DNA of 64,000 nt. Origin: Chiloscyllium plagiosum (taxonomy: Eukaryota). Location: positions 67,114,732-67,178,731 of the forward strand of contig NC_057718.1 in assembly GCF_004010195.1 (NCBI RefSeq). The letters are read 5' to 3'. A model generated the notes under the pieces. The model made no database searches and was not told the DNA's origin. It saw only the letters and a program-made list of their open reading frames with translations. Positions 51,457 to 64,000 of the stretch are shown here, in pieces. The first letter of the stretch is position 1, and each line of letters begins with the position of its first letter. Both the position numbers and the translations under genes were made by a program.

Positions 51457-52949
51457 GTAACCCTATTATATCTTCAGAGTTTATCTGTCCCCACCATCTG
51501 TTTCTCACACCTAAGCCTTCCCTTATGGTTAATGTTTGCATGACTATCCAGATTGATTCCCATGGCCTCTGAAATTGGGGCAACTGCTGACTATTCCCTC
51601 TTAAGGATATGCAACTAAACTACCTGAGCTACACTATTTCCTAATATTGGATATATCTGAGCAAACTGCTTTCCTGAACTGGTTGTTTTCTCCCACAGAC
51701 CATATTCCAGAAGACGCTACATAGTACATTACTCCAATCTTGTACCTATCTACTGTTCATCATAACCTGCTCAATATTTTAGCCCAACACATCTGATCTG
51801 ATATCATCACTAACTCCATACTCTAATGTAATCTGGTTTCACCATATTCTCCTCCTATCAGGAATATCGTTCTATTCGTGCACCTCCATCCAGCAACTTC
51901 ACAAAAATAATCAAAACAAAATATCACTGAAATTAATGTCTCTCCATCTAAGCTATGGGTATTTTCCCAAAACCCTAAACAAACTCTAAGTCTAGAAATT
52001 TCTAATAGAAACCTTGAAGCACAATTGTCTATCTTGCTACAAAAAGCTAAATTAAACAAAAATACATTAGGCTGCCAAAGTGGCCCTCGCAAACTAACTT
52101 AAAAGAACCCACCATGGCTACAGAAATACCTACAAGTTAACTATTACTTACTAAGTCAAAATTCAAAACTAAAATTAAAAAAAGGAAGATAGTAAATATG
52201 TAAATCAGATAGTTCATTCACACATTTTCCAGTCTTATTTCAGATTTGCAGTACTCTGCTTTGACACTAAAAACATTATTGACTGGATATCCTCCCTTGA
52301 ATTTTTTTACCAGTTGCACAGGCTTCCAAGACATGTGGGCAGCAGCAACTTCCAAATTTGGAAGTCATTGCGGTGATTGGCATGGCAACTTTGTTTGCCA
52401 TGTGTGGTACACAGCTTTGAAGGAGCATTGCTAAGCACTATTAATGAAGGTCAGCTCTACTTTATATTATTGAACAGAACCTTTCCCTACTCTTTAAGAA
52501 AAAGCAGCTTCATACATTTACTGTACCCTATCCCTTAAGTAAACAATCAACACCCCAGGTCTAGTCCAGAGTGATTCTAAGTTTTTGATACTTTGCTTCT
52601 GATCTTTTCCTTTCCAGTCTGATAACTTTTAACCTGAGAACTGTCCTTCATGGTGAGGGTTTCTCCCTCCAGTGCAAGCTAAGCAAATCTCCCAACTTCA
52701 TTCCAGGTCCTCAAGACTTTGTCCTTCCAAGGATGGGTTTCTCACCTGATTTCCACTCTCTGAATCCTGGCAGATTGCCAGTGCATGTACATTTTCGATG
52801 ACAAATGAAAAAAGTTGTCTCTGTCAAGGCATATTTCCATGGCAAAATGAATCACATGAGCCTGATACTAAGATAAACATACTGATTATATAACCTTAAG
52901 ATGACAAAATGTTTTGGCTTAAAAATAAATTGACAGTTTTAATCTTTAG

Positions 52950-55380
52950 ACCATAAGATGTAGGAGCAAAAGCAGGCCATTCAGCCCATTGAGTCTACTT
53001 TGTTATTTAATGACATCGTGAATGATCTGTTCATTCTCAGCTCCACTTTCCTGCCTTTTCTCCAGAACCCTTCCCTCCCAGGCATATTAAACATCTGTCT
53101 GTCTCTGTCTTGAATGCAATTAATGACACAGCCTCTACAGCATTCTGTGGTAAATAATTCTACAGATTTATTAGCCTCTGAGAGATAAAATTCCTCCTCA
53201 TCTCTGTCATAAATGGATGACACCTTATTCTGAGATTTTACCATCTGATCCTAAACTCTTCCATAAGGAGAAATAACTTCTCTGCATCAACTCCGTCAAG
53301 GCCCTATAAAAACTTTTTATATGTTCCATTAAGATCACTTCGTATTCTTCTAAACTCCAATGAGTACAGGCATCTCCAACTCAACTTCTCCTCAAAAGAA
53401 AATCCCATAATGCCCAGGATCAACCTGGCAAACCTTCTCTTCACTGCTGCTAATGCCAGCATATCTTTCTTTAGATAAAGGGACCAAAACTTTTCACAGC
53501 ATTCTAGATATACTCTGACAAGTGAATTGTATAATTTTAGCAACACTTTACCTGTATTATATTCTATTCCCTTTGCATCTGATGAAGGAGCAGTGCTCTG
53601 AAAGCTAGTGTTTTCAAATAAACCCATTAGACTATAACCTAGTATCATGTAACTTTTTGAAATAAAGGTTAACATTCCATTTGTCTTTCCTATTACTTGC
53701 TAAACTTGGATGCTAGCTTTTGTGATTCATGGACAAGGACTCCAAAATCTTTCTGTTCTGCAGTTTTCTACAGTCTTTTAGCCCTTTAGTCTTCCTGGTA
53801 AAGTGCATAACCTCACATTTCCCTACATTATCTTCCATATGCCAATGTTTTACCCATTCACCTTCTGGAGACTCTTTGTGTCATCCTCACTAGTTGCCTT
53901 CCTACTTATTTTGCTTGGCTATAGTACATACACTTCTCTTATTAAAGTCATTAATATATATTGCAAATCATTAACATATATTATAAATAATTGAGGCCCC
54001 AGCACTGATCACCATGGCAATCCACTAGTTACAGTCGACATCCTGAAAATGCTCCCCTTATCCAAGCTCCATGCTAATATGCTGCTGTCAACACCATTGG
54101 CTTTTATCTTATTAAGTAGCTTTATGCATCACATTTTAAAACATTGTTTGGCAATCCAAACGAAATGCATCCACTGGTTTTCATTTATCTATCCTGCTTG
54201 TTACCTCCTCAGAGAATTTTAATACAGTTGTTAGGCATGACCGCCTTTTTATGATACTATGCTGAATTTGCTTGATTTTATGATGTATATCTAAATGGTC
54301 TGCTGTTACATCCTTTATAATTGGCTCTAACATTTTCCCAATGACAGATGTTAAGCTAAATGGCTTTTTTTGTCTCCCACTCTTTTTAAGGAAGAGTGCT
54401 ACATTGGCATTTTTCCAGACACCTGGGACCTGTCTTGAATCTAAGGATCCTTAGAAGATTACAAAGAGTGCGTTCACTAGCTATTTCCTTTTATGTCCAA
54501 GGATGTAACCCATCAGAGCACTTAACTGCCGTTAATCCCATTAGTTTCCTTAGTAGTTTGTCACCATTGATAGTTGCTGTATTTATTTGCTCACCATCCC
54601 ACCTTTTGCTCCTGATTACTTTATATTTTTGGAGCAGTATTAGTGCCTTCTACTGTAATGACTAATGCAAAGTATTTATTTAATAACTCAGTCTTTTCCT
54701 AGACCCCCATTATATTTTTCCTCAGCCTCTATCGCTAAGGGGCTTATGTTCAGTTTGGCCTCTGTCCTTTTTATCTCTTTAGATAATCTTTTTTTTTGTC
54801 ATTTTTGGTAATTTTTTGTTGGTTTTTAAAACTTTCCAAAACCTCTAATTTATCAGTAATATTTGCCACATTGTTTTTTTTTTCAATTTGATATTGTCCT
54901 TAATTTCCTTGGTTAGCCATGGTTGGTTTAACCTCTTCCAAGGATCTTTCTTCATGACTGGGATATTTCTTTGTTGTGAATCAGGAACTATTTTCTTAAA
55001 TTGTTCATCAATCACCTTTTCTGCTAAACTCCTTTTCTAGTCCACTACAGCTAACTCTGCCCTTAGTCCTTTATAATTACCCAGATTTAAGTTTAGCACA
55101 GTTGTGTTCAACTCAAGTTTCTCCCTCTCAAACTGAATACTAAATTCTACCATGTTATAGTCATTGTTTTCTGGGAGAGCTTTTACTCTGACATCATGTA
55201 CTGTAGTAAACCTGTCTTATTGCACATCACCATATCCAAAGTTTTCAGTTCCCTTGTTGAATCCACAATATATTATTCTAGGAAATAGTTCTGAATACAT
55301 GAATTCTTTCTTGTGGCATCCTCTGCCAATCTAACAATCTGAACCTACATGAAGATTAAAAACACCCATAGTTAACATAC
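52950..55380 (-). mobile_element. Old CR1 LINE (ORF2 remnant and 3'UTR) with a PLE family B insert at ~53575-53657
   Basis: KGIEY...VLLKLYNSLVR.YLE.C..FWS.YLKKD.LAL..V.RRF.RLI.G on the minus strand; CR1 3'UTR at 52950-53150. Confidence 0.8.
53575..53611 (+). ncRNA. Minimal hammerhead ribozyme motif (PLE family B), nearly intact
   Basis: RNA: GCAU-CUGAUGA-A-GGAGC AGU GCUCU-GAAAG-CUA-GUGU. Core intact, 5-bp stem II (one G-U), palindromic AGCU stem III, NUH site CUA, stem I GCAU/GUGU with wobble pairs. Confidence 0.7.
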
Positions 55381-58009
55381 AATCTTCTTTATATATCTTT
55401 ACTCAAAATATTGGGCTGGATTTCTTTGTTCTTTACATTTCCTATGAAAATATCTTCAAGATTAATTTATAGGTTTGCAATAGGCACATAATACTGGAGT
55501 TTTATTAACTTAAGAATGCAACCTACAACAAGCAACAGTCACGCCTGGCAACTGTTTCCTTTGACAGAACATCTCTCAATGCAATTTCATGCTCAATCAT
55601 GACAAAATATGAGTCCAGAATCTTGTTAATTTCTGGTTATTTCACAGTACTAGGGTCTCTTGGGCATCACCGATTATAGACTACATCAAAAAGATCCAGT
55701 TGTATTATGGTGAAGAAGATATTTATTTTATCCTTGGTTCTTATTTTAATCACCTTCAGCCAAGTGTGAAATCTTTGTTTGTAATACACCTGTCTTTTTC
55801 GTTTGGGTTACATCCCCCATCATTTCCAAATATGCCTTCTTTGCCTTGTTTTCCATTCAACTGCATATTGTGTTAACTCACTGAACTGTACATGAACATG
55901 TTTTGCACATGGTGCAGCCTTTCAAACTTCATCAAAATCAGCTTGGAATTCCAAAAAGTATGTTCCAATGTTCTGTGATCCTTACTTTCTCAAAGTAAAT
56001 GTAAAAAGTAATTCAATCGTGCATGTGGATCAACTGGCAGCAGCTATGTCGATGACTTTATTTACACATTCCCAAAATAGAGGGCAGTATAACAAAATGT
56101 TTAGCTTATCAAGTACCTACACAAGGGTAAGTAGTGGCAGCTGTTCTGCAATGCTTCAGGTTCAACACTCTGTAGAAATTATTGCACGATAGGGACAGTT
56201 CTCATGTGCACTCTCTCTCTAGCACACTCAAGTTAACAGGCAGCGTCCACCTCATTTGAAGCCACATATGAGCAGCTTATAAGATTGGATGAGTGTAGAA
56301 CCCACTGTGATAGAGAGAACATCCAGTGGGTCACCACTGTATTTCCCTTCACACTCTGCCAACAGTTTCTGTTTATTTTTATTTCATTAAGACTAACATA
56401 GGTATATCTGGGATAAACTCATATTGATGCCATAACATGAAAATTGATTTACATTAAGTGAAAAGACATAACAGAATCCTCAAAGCTGAAGGCAATGTCC
56501 CTGTGTAGGCATTGGCAGTAAGTGCTTACAAGCTCCTGGCATGTGATAACATAGAAATCTCAGTCTACCTTCCACATAAGCTATGGTTGGACAGGCTCAG
56601 TTAAAAATTCCCTGCATCAGAAAATTCCTGTCATCTATGCCACCCTTGAAAGACTTACACATCCTGTATCCTGTGCACTCATCTGTGCAGCAGCGGGAGC
56701 CTCTCTATGCTCTCTAACCTCCTCCATTCACTGCACTCTTTTCCTAATGAATTCTAGGGCTTCAAGGTCCACAATCTCTGGGAAACACTTTGTGGAAAAT
56801 GCAGCAAATCACTGCAATGACTGAAAGTCTTGCAGAAGGGATTACAAGGCACCACCAGAATATTTCAGATACCTGAACTATATCTTCAGAAGCATAATGG
56901 CCTGTTCAATGGGTTTCCTAACAAACAGGGTTGTTGTATCACCTCTACCCCTGCTGCGACTCTCAAAGAGAAGTTAGCAGCCACTCCCTAAAGGGATAGT
57001 TCATGTTGCTTAGGATTTATCCAAACAATCTGGGATACCCAGACTGAAGATGTCGGTGATTTGAACTGGTTAGAGACTGAAGAGATTTTATATGTATTGG
57101 GTATGCAATGTCCGTTTGAGAGAAAGGGTCAGCTGACCCAGAGATAAGAACTATATGGGCAGTCTAAGACTGACAGAGGAGCTGAGAGTTCACACAATAA
57201 AGTATTCCTTGTTCTAGTTTACCCTCCATGTACTGAAAGTTCTATTTATGGTTCTAATGAACCATCAACACGATAATTTCCAGTTATATTTTGTTTGTTT
57301 CATATCACTATGCACATTTTTCTCCCTTTTGGGGAACAGTGGAGAAGTGTTAGAAGGAGTAGGAATCTCTAGAATCACATCATGAGTGTTCTTTTTGTGG
57401 TCATCAAGTTCTGGAGTGGAACTTGATTCCAGAGCTTCTAATTCAGAGGCAGAAGTACAATATACAGAACAACAGAATTGCTTCTTGTTGTGGCTACAGA
57501 GCAGTTTAATATTGAGGTTGTGGCATCCTCCTTCTTGTTGACGAATTTCACTAGTCAGTCAGTTGGTGCTTTGATTACTCGGTGGGTGACCTGCAGTGAT
57601 GACATGGCTCTTGTAAGATTTCATCAAAGTCCATAGTTAATCCTTGAAGGGACACATGAGCAAATTCATTCTAGGTCACATGGATTGTGATGCCCCTACC
57701 AGAGAACAGTGACCAGTGCTGCAAGTTGAGGAGATCTTGAATGTCTCTGAGCCACCTGAAGAGTCACAGTCCCCTGAAACACTACAGCTTAGTAATCTCA
57801 AGGTGCAGCTCCATCTTCACCACTAGAGTCTATATTAAGTGTGTGGCCTCCGTGCCCTCCTTTATTCTTTTTTGTTGTCCTGTTGTTTAGGAGTGAATGG
57901 TATTGCCCCTCATTGTCACTAGATCCAAATTGCAGCACTCTAATCCCATTGCCAGTGGGAGCCTTCCTTCTAACCAGGTGGATGCCCAACCATTCTTAGT
58001 AACTCTGTG

Positions 58010-58133
58010 GTAAAAACAATGGCTGCAGATGCTGGAAACCAGAGTCTAGATTAGAGTGGTGCTGGAAAAGCACAGCAGTTCGAGGAGCAGTAAAATCAAT
58101 GTTTCGGGCAAAAGCCCTTCATCAGGAAAGAGC
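58010..58133 (-). mobile_element. PLE terminus insert with 16-bp TSD and a hammerhead core (58098-58125)
   Basis: TCTTAGTAACTCTGTG at 57994-58009 and 58134-58149. Minus-strand RNA CUGAUGA-A-GGGC UUUU GCCC-GAAAC-AUU. Confidence 0.87.
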
Positions 58134-58303
58134 TCTTAGTAACTCTGTGTCCTGCTCTTTCACCTCCACAATGAAGGGAGGTGCTAACTAAGTTAAAAAG
58201 ATGAGTGACTTTTCTCCTTGTCATTTGCTTAACATCAAGGGCACCCCCTCTCCTAGGAGTGGGACATCTCTTTGCCCTTCTGAACATTTTGAGACTGCTT
58301 TTT

Positions 58304-58623
58304 GATTAGATTAGATTACTTACAGTGTGAAAACAGGCCCTTTGGCCCAACAAGTCCATACCGACCCGCCGAAGCGCACCCACCCAGACCCATTCCCCTA
58401 CATCTAACACTACGGGCAATTTAGCATGGCCAATTCACCTAACCTGCACATTTTTGGACTGTGGGAGGAAACCAGAGCACCCGGAGGAAGCCCACGCTGA
58501 CACGGGGAGAATGCGCAAACTCCACACAGTCATTCGCCTGAGGCAGGAATTGAACCCGGGTCTCTGGCACTGTGAGGCAGCAGTGCTAACCACTGTACCG
58601 CCCACTGTGCCACCGTGCCACCC
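58304..58623 (-). mobile_element. HE1 SINE (relatively young)
   Basis: Reverse-complement tRNA head, V-domain, (GATTA)n tail and retained CpGs. Confidence 0.93.
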
Positions 58624-61600
58624 GCTGCTGTGATGCTATGGGGCACAATGCCCACCTCACCTAAGCTGAGATTTTTCAGAATGCATGAATAACCTGTATC
58701 CCTCTAAAAATTAGATCTTTCACCACTTAGAAACACTTACTCATCTGAACTGTGATGAACTTTATCTTAATTTTACTTTTTTAAAATTATTATGCATGAC
58801 TTCTATCATTGATGTAAGTTCCGTGGTGGGCAATTTATAGAACTTTTCGCTGTATTTTTAATTTAAAATAAATTGACAATAAATTTCTATTCTATTCTAC
58901 TCTATTCTTTTAACTGTGTTAGGAGGTTTAATGGAGACACATGAGAATCCTTCCACTGTGCTGGTGAATATTGCCAATGTCAGAAACAGTATCTTCTGGT
59001 ACCAACATTGTTGAACCTCCTGTCTCTGTTTCCAATTTTAGGGGCACCTAAAATTCAGTTTGGAGTGCCTGATCATTATACTAGTTAAGGTATTATATTA
59101 AGAAAAAAACACTTTCAAGGACGTTGGGAGCATGGATTTATAAAATTAATCAGAAATGCACAGTTCAAAAATCCCTAAAGTCAAGAGATTTTTCAGAATA
59201 TGTTCAGTGTCTTCTTGATCTAGGGAACTCTCAGCAGTCTTGCTAAAGTCAGGAGTTTAAAAGCAGGTAATTTACCGCAATTTCATTTATTTCTTTTGGT
59301 AAGGCAAATGCAGTACAACAAAGCTTTCTCTGAGAAATATGACATTTCAGTTGAGAGGACGTCTCGCGCAACACAGAGATAGGCACTGTCATCTGTAAGA
59401 AAAAAGGCTCTAGCTCTAGATCAAACATTAGGGAGATCAGTTAATCTGTAGTAAAAAAAAGTGGGCCAAGGACAGAGCCCTGAGGGATGGAAGCAGATAG
59501 ACGTTCTTTGAGAAATCCAGTCCTGCTGAAATGTTACAGTATTTAAAAATCTAAATTCCTATGGAGCAAGCAGAACAAATTGGAAATGGTGTTGCTTTTT
59601 TTTAAAGATTGAATAACACAGAAATACTGGAAGAAAAGTTAAAGTTAATTGAGTGTGTAAGAAAATTATATAGAATACATAACAAAAAAAGTTAATACAA
59701 TAAAACAAAACATAGTCCACAGTAAAATTCTTCTTATTAAATAATTGATATGTATGTATATCGCGCTATCATAGTCTTGAAACAAATTCTTTGTAAATCT
59801 ATGTCTAAAAATATTGGTGCTATAACAATTTTAGTCATAGAAAATACAGTCATAAATCTGTGATGTAAAATAATGAGGATGGGACTAAATCCTTTGAAAC
59901 AAGTTGGACCGATGGGTCTGTTTTCATGCTGTACATCTCTATGACTTTATATATACAGGTCTCCATGGGCACTTTACAATAACATGTATGAACCATATTT
60001 TTAAATATTCAAGTTGACTCCTTGTGGGAGCCAAGTGCTAACAGCTGGAATCAGTTCCTAACAGAAATGAAAATCAAACATATCCAGCCTATTGTGGAAT
60101 ATTTGATGAGAAGAAGATCCATGCCACATTTATTGTTTGTATGCTTCTCCAGGGGAAAGATAGATTTTTTTAAGGGAACATTTCTTGTTTTATTGTGGAA
60201 AGTTGGAAATGAGCCATGATTAACACATGCCATGCACCAGGAATTGGAATATTAAGCGTAATTTCCAGGCACTGACTTTTTGAAGTCCATTTAGTATTTG
60301 CTGACACAAATCTATGTAATCAGACTCCTGCTGCAAGCCTCTCTGTACTGGTCCCACTCCTTCTGAGTCCAGTAATTTATAAATGAGATAGGCCCTCTTC
60401 CCAATCAGTACTAAAATCTGGAATTGCAATCTGTGTGCAAGGAGTGTTCCACGCAAAGTATGCATTGGCAGTCATTAGCACTAGAATTGAAAACCATAGC
60501 TAACAGTAGATGTTTAGATGTTAGAAGCACAGTTTGGCTGAATACATTTGCATGTTGTGATTTGCTGTTATTCCACAATTGACAAAACATGCTGAACAAT
60601 CCTGAGTGTGTTAATGGTGACTCTATAGGAAACCATTCTACGCAAATAAAAGTTCATGCCTTTAAGATTAACTGAATTATCCAAGAATTTGGGAGCTGTG
60701 GGGTTGTGCTCAAATAACGACCGCAGTCAGCGAGTGGTGAAAATAGCCTCTTTTATTCAGTAGCACAGCACAAATTCAAGGCGGCAATAGCATCTTGAAA
60801 TATAGTACTCACAAGAGCCCCTTTATACACAGTTCTTACATTACATTGCTATGGTGTTACATTGTTTTATCTATAGTACACTGAGGTTTAAAGGGATTCT
60901 GTCCTAGGAGAAAGGCGATGGGTTAAAACATGCTAAATACTGGCTTCTAATTCTGATGGGGTTAAGAATGTCTGTCCGGTCTGCTTGCGTAATTAAGAGG
61001 TTTTAGTCCTTTTGTCTTTTAAGTTAGTAAGTGTTAGTAAAAATACTGGGCCTATATGCTCTTAACAAGTTAAAAATTGTAAATGTACTTAATAAAAGAA
61101 TACAGGGTATTAAACTGATTACCAGGGTTGTGAGATCTGTTTACTATTTGCCGGTGTGAGTTTCATTCATTCATGGAAGCGTTGTTAGTTTCTTTAAGGG
61201 ATAATGGCCCAGTTTAAAGATATTTAACAGGTACATACTAATTGGGGAATCTATTCAGATCCAAGAGATGGTTGGTAATGGCTGATTAATATTATAAATG
61301 TTTCATGGAGACATGATGATAGGGCTGGTATTGTTCTGTATGTTACACTTATTCAGAGGTAAACACTGCTTGTAGCAAGGGCTGATAAGGTGTGAAAATA
61401 CAGTAACGGGTTTGAAAGGATTGTTTTGATTAGAAAGGATTGTTTTAATTAGAAAGGGTTGATTGAATTTGGTCTGTTTTATGACAGTAAAATAGACTAC
61501 AAAACCACAGTTTTATGAATGAATTAATTAAACCGTGCTATAGTAAAGAATGGATTAGTAAAGAGTGCAAAATGAAAAGATTCATCTTTCTGTCTTCCTT

Positions 61601-62930
61601 TTCAGCAATATTTCCAAGCTTTGCATCATTTAAAAATATTCTTTTCCATTTTTATGATCAAAATAATATTCTCTCACTTCCCCATATTATTCTCCACCTG
61701 CCACCTTGTGGCCCATTCACTTAACCTGTCTATGCCTCTTTGCAGCATTTGTGTTATGTCTTATGGTTTCATTTGTCTTCTTATGTTCTCACTTGTTTGC
61801 AAATACTGATATATTCCTCTTTATTTATATTATATTGTTAATAAATTGTAGGTAGCTCTGGTGACACTGAATTTATCTCAGCCTGCCAATTTGAAAATGC
61901 CCCATTCAGCCCAATATTTTGCTTTTTGCCTGTTAGTCAGTATTCTATCTCTGCGAATATGTTATCACGAATACTTGGTATCTTGTATTAACCTTTAAAG
62001 TGGCACCTGATTGAAATCCTTCTGGAAAACCAAACATATAACATCTACTGGTTCACCTTTATCTATTCTACTTATCATATCCACAAAAATTCTAATAATG
62101 TTGTCAAATGTGATTTCTCTGTCTGAAATCCATGTTTACTCTGCTTAATTGTATTATGTTCTCAGTGTCTATTACATTGTTTCTAGTAACTAACCAGTAG
62201 ATTCCTGCTTTTTCTTGCTCCTTCTGGGGACTAGATTCTTGAAAATTAAAATCAAAGATCAATGCGTCTACTAACTCTGCGGCTGCCCGTATTAAATTTC
62301 TATAATACCACTGATCAGTGGGTTTGCTGTCATTCATGTTAGGTTTGTATCTTCCCTGCCAGAGGTTGCAAAGATGAGGATGAAACATTAAATTCAGTGG
62401 GTTGTTGAAACAGTTGCCCCTGCACCACTGGAATTTACCAGGAATTGGAATGGGTAGTCTGCCTACCAATTGAGGGCTTAATCAGTGGCAAGAAAAGCTC
62501 AGTCCTAGTGACCAGTCCAATAGGTTTCCCTGAATGGGTTGGTGGTGAATAAGGAGGTCTTATTAGGCTCACTGACACTCTGGAACCCCAAATAAATGAT
62601 ACTCTGCCAGGTGCTCAGCCTTTTGGGACTCTCAAACATCAGACCCCATGCCTCTTGTTATGACCCCCAAACACTTACCAAGTCTCAGTCTAGCTGTGTA
62701 TGCCATCTCTAGCCCTGAATACAATATTGGGAATGTCCCCCAATCACAGGGATGCTACCATTACCAGAGAGCTGCCATCCTCTACATGGTCAACAACTCT
62801 GAGGCACAAATTCCTGTTTCTCAAGGGTGGTGACCCCCACCTCAACTCCTTTAATGGCAGCCATTTTGAGTATTGGAATTCTTTTTAGCTGGGATGGATT
62901 GAGGACTATGGTATACTATAAAATATAGCA

Positions 62931-63146
62931 GGAGAAAGTGAGGACTACAGCAGCTGGAGATCAGAGTTGACAGTATGGTCCTGAAAAAGTACACCAGGTC
63001 AGGCAGCAACCGAGGAGCAGGAGAATTGAGGTTTCGAGCATCAGCCCTTTATCAGGAATGAAGAGCATATTCGCAAAACCTCAATTCTCCTGCTCCTTGG
63101 ATGTTGCCTGACCTGCTGTGCTTTTCCAGCACCACACTGTCGACCG
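62931..63146. mobile_element. PLE terminus hairpin (family A) with 12-bp TSD
   Basis: TAAAATATAGCA at 62919-30 and 63147-58; inverted arms meet near 63055. Confidence 0.87.
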
Positions 63147-63165
63147 TAAAATATAGCACTAACAG

Positions 63166-63932
63166 TCATAATGTCATAGAGATGTACTGCACAGAAGCAG
63201 AACCCTTTGGTCCACTTGCCCATGCCAACCAGATATCCCAACCTAATCTAGTCCCACTTGCCAGCCGTGCAGCTCATATCCCTCCAAACCTTTCCTTTTC
63301 ATATACTGATCCAGATGCCTTTTAAATATTGCAATTGTACCAGCTTCCACCACTTCCTCTGGCAGCTCATTCCAAACATGCATCACCCTCTGCATGAAAA
63401 CGTTGCCCCTTAGGTCTCTTTTATATCCTTTCCCTCTCATCCTAAACCTATGCCTTCTAGTTCTGGACTCTCCCACCCCAGGGAAAAGACCATGTCTATT
63501 TACCCTATCCATGTCTTTTATGATTTTATAAACCTCTATAAGGTCACACCTTAGCCTCCGATGCTCCAGGGAAAACAGCCCCAGCCTATTCAGCCTCTCC
63601 CGATAGCTGAAATCCTCCAACCCTGACAACATCCTTGTAAATCTTTTCTGAAGATTCTGAAGATTCAAGTTTCACAACACCCTTCGATAGGAAAGAGACC
63701 AGAATTGCTTGCAATATTCCAAAAGTGGCCTAACTAATGTCCTGTACAGCCGCAACATGACCTCCTAACTCCTGTACTCAATACTTTGACCAATAAAGAA
63801 AAGCATACCAAATGCAGCCTTCACTATCCTATCTATCTGTGACTCCACTTTCAAGGAGCTATGAACCTGCACTCCAAGGTCTCTTTGTTCAGCAACACTC
63901 ACTAGAACCTGACCATTAAGTGTACAAGTCCT
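63166..63932 (-). mobile_element. CR1 LINE 3' fragment
   Basis: QKRFTRMLSGLED.SYRERLNRLGLFSLE and WNELPEEVVEAG motifs; CR1 tail at 63166. Confidence 0.93.
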
Positions 63933-64000
63933 TAAGATCCAATTTTTCTAATACTTTATCTCTATTACTAACAATTTATTCAAATTCTTTGTTCTTGCTA

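Noticed and set aside
55790..55862. Collagen-like Gly-X-Y exon on the minus strand (NGKQGKEGIFGNDGG)
   Set aside because: Only five triplets, no prolines, weak splice sites and no companion collagen exons; consistent with chance.
56400..57990. Harbinger-like transposase remnant
   Set aside because: Only a vague resemblance; no catalytic motif could be read in frame.
31274..58623. tRNA genes
   Set aside because: The tRNA-like A/B-box segments are SINE heads followed by a V-domain and a LINE-derived tail.
59285..59392. Ig-like DSAYLCVAR motif in an alternative minus-strand frame
   Set aside because: No upstream Ig strands, no recombination signal sequence, and the frame stops soon after.
60697..61509. 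Solo LTR (TGTGG...CCACA, reverse TATA and polyA signals)
   Set aside because: Plausible, but there is no matching TSD and no second copy in the window, so it is not listed as a feature.

Overview
This is repeat-dominated eukaryotic DNA, almost certainly from a shark: it carries HE1/V-type tRNA-derived SINEs and shark-type CR1 LINEs, and carpet shark is a guess. It looks intronic or intergenic and contains one 214-N assembly gap (20882-21095). I cannot identify an intact host gene; nearly all long ORFs are pieces of decayed retroelements. Contents: many CR1 LINEs, one keeping an ORF1 SGNH-esterase remnant; a head-to-tail cluster of Tx1-like L1 3' ends plus a disrupted Tx1 ORF1/ORF2; a Rex1/Babar LINE with a (TTCAA)n tail; Gypsy (Gmr1-like) pol and LTR remnants; three TA-flanked Tigger/pogo-type MITEs; and about seven HE1 SINEs. 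The most notable feature is a rich Penelope-like element (PLE) system: (1) a 4.7-kb composite PLE (RT + GIY-YIG) bounded by a 15-bp TSD; (2) many 30-220 bp PLE-terminus inserts, often hairpins, with target duplications of 5 to 65 bp; (3) minimal hammerhead ribozyme cores from at least three PLE families. Hammerheads in PLEs are known biology, so I do not claim a new system. The most unusual direct observations are the very long duplications around tiny PLE inserts, a CpG-rich Thr/Ala-rich open spacer inside the PLE ORF, a templated-insertion duplication scar and a ~710-bp local inverted duplication. A few candidate host exons and enhancer-like stretches are reported at low confidence. All alignments were done by eye, so element boundaries are approximate.
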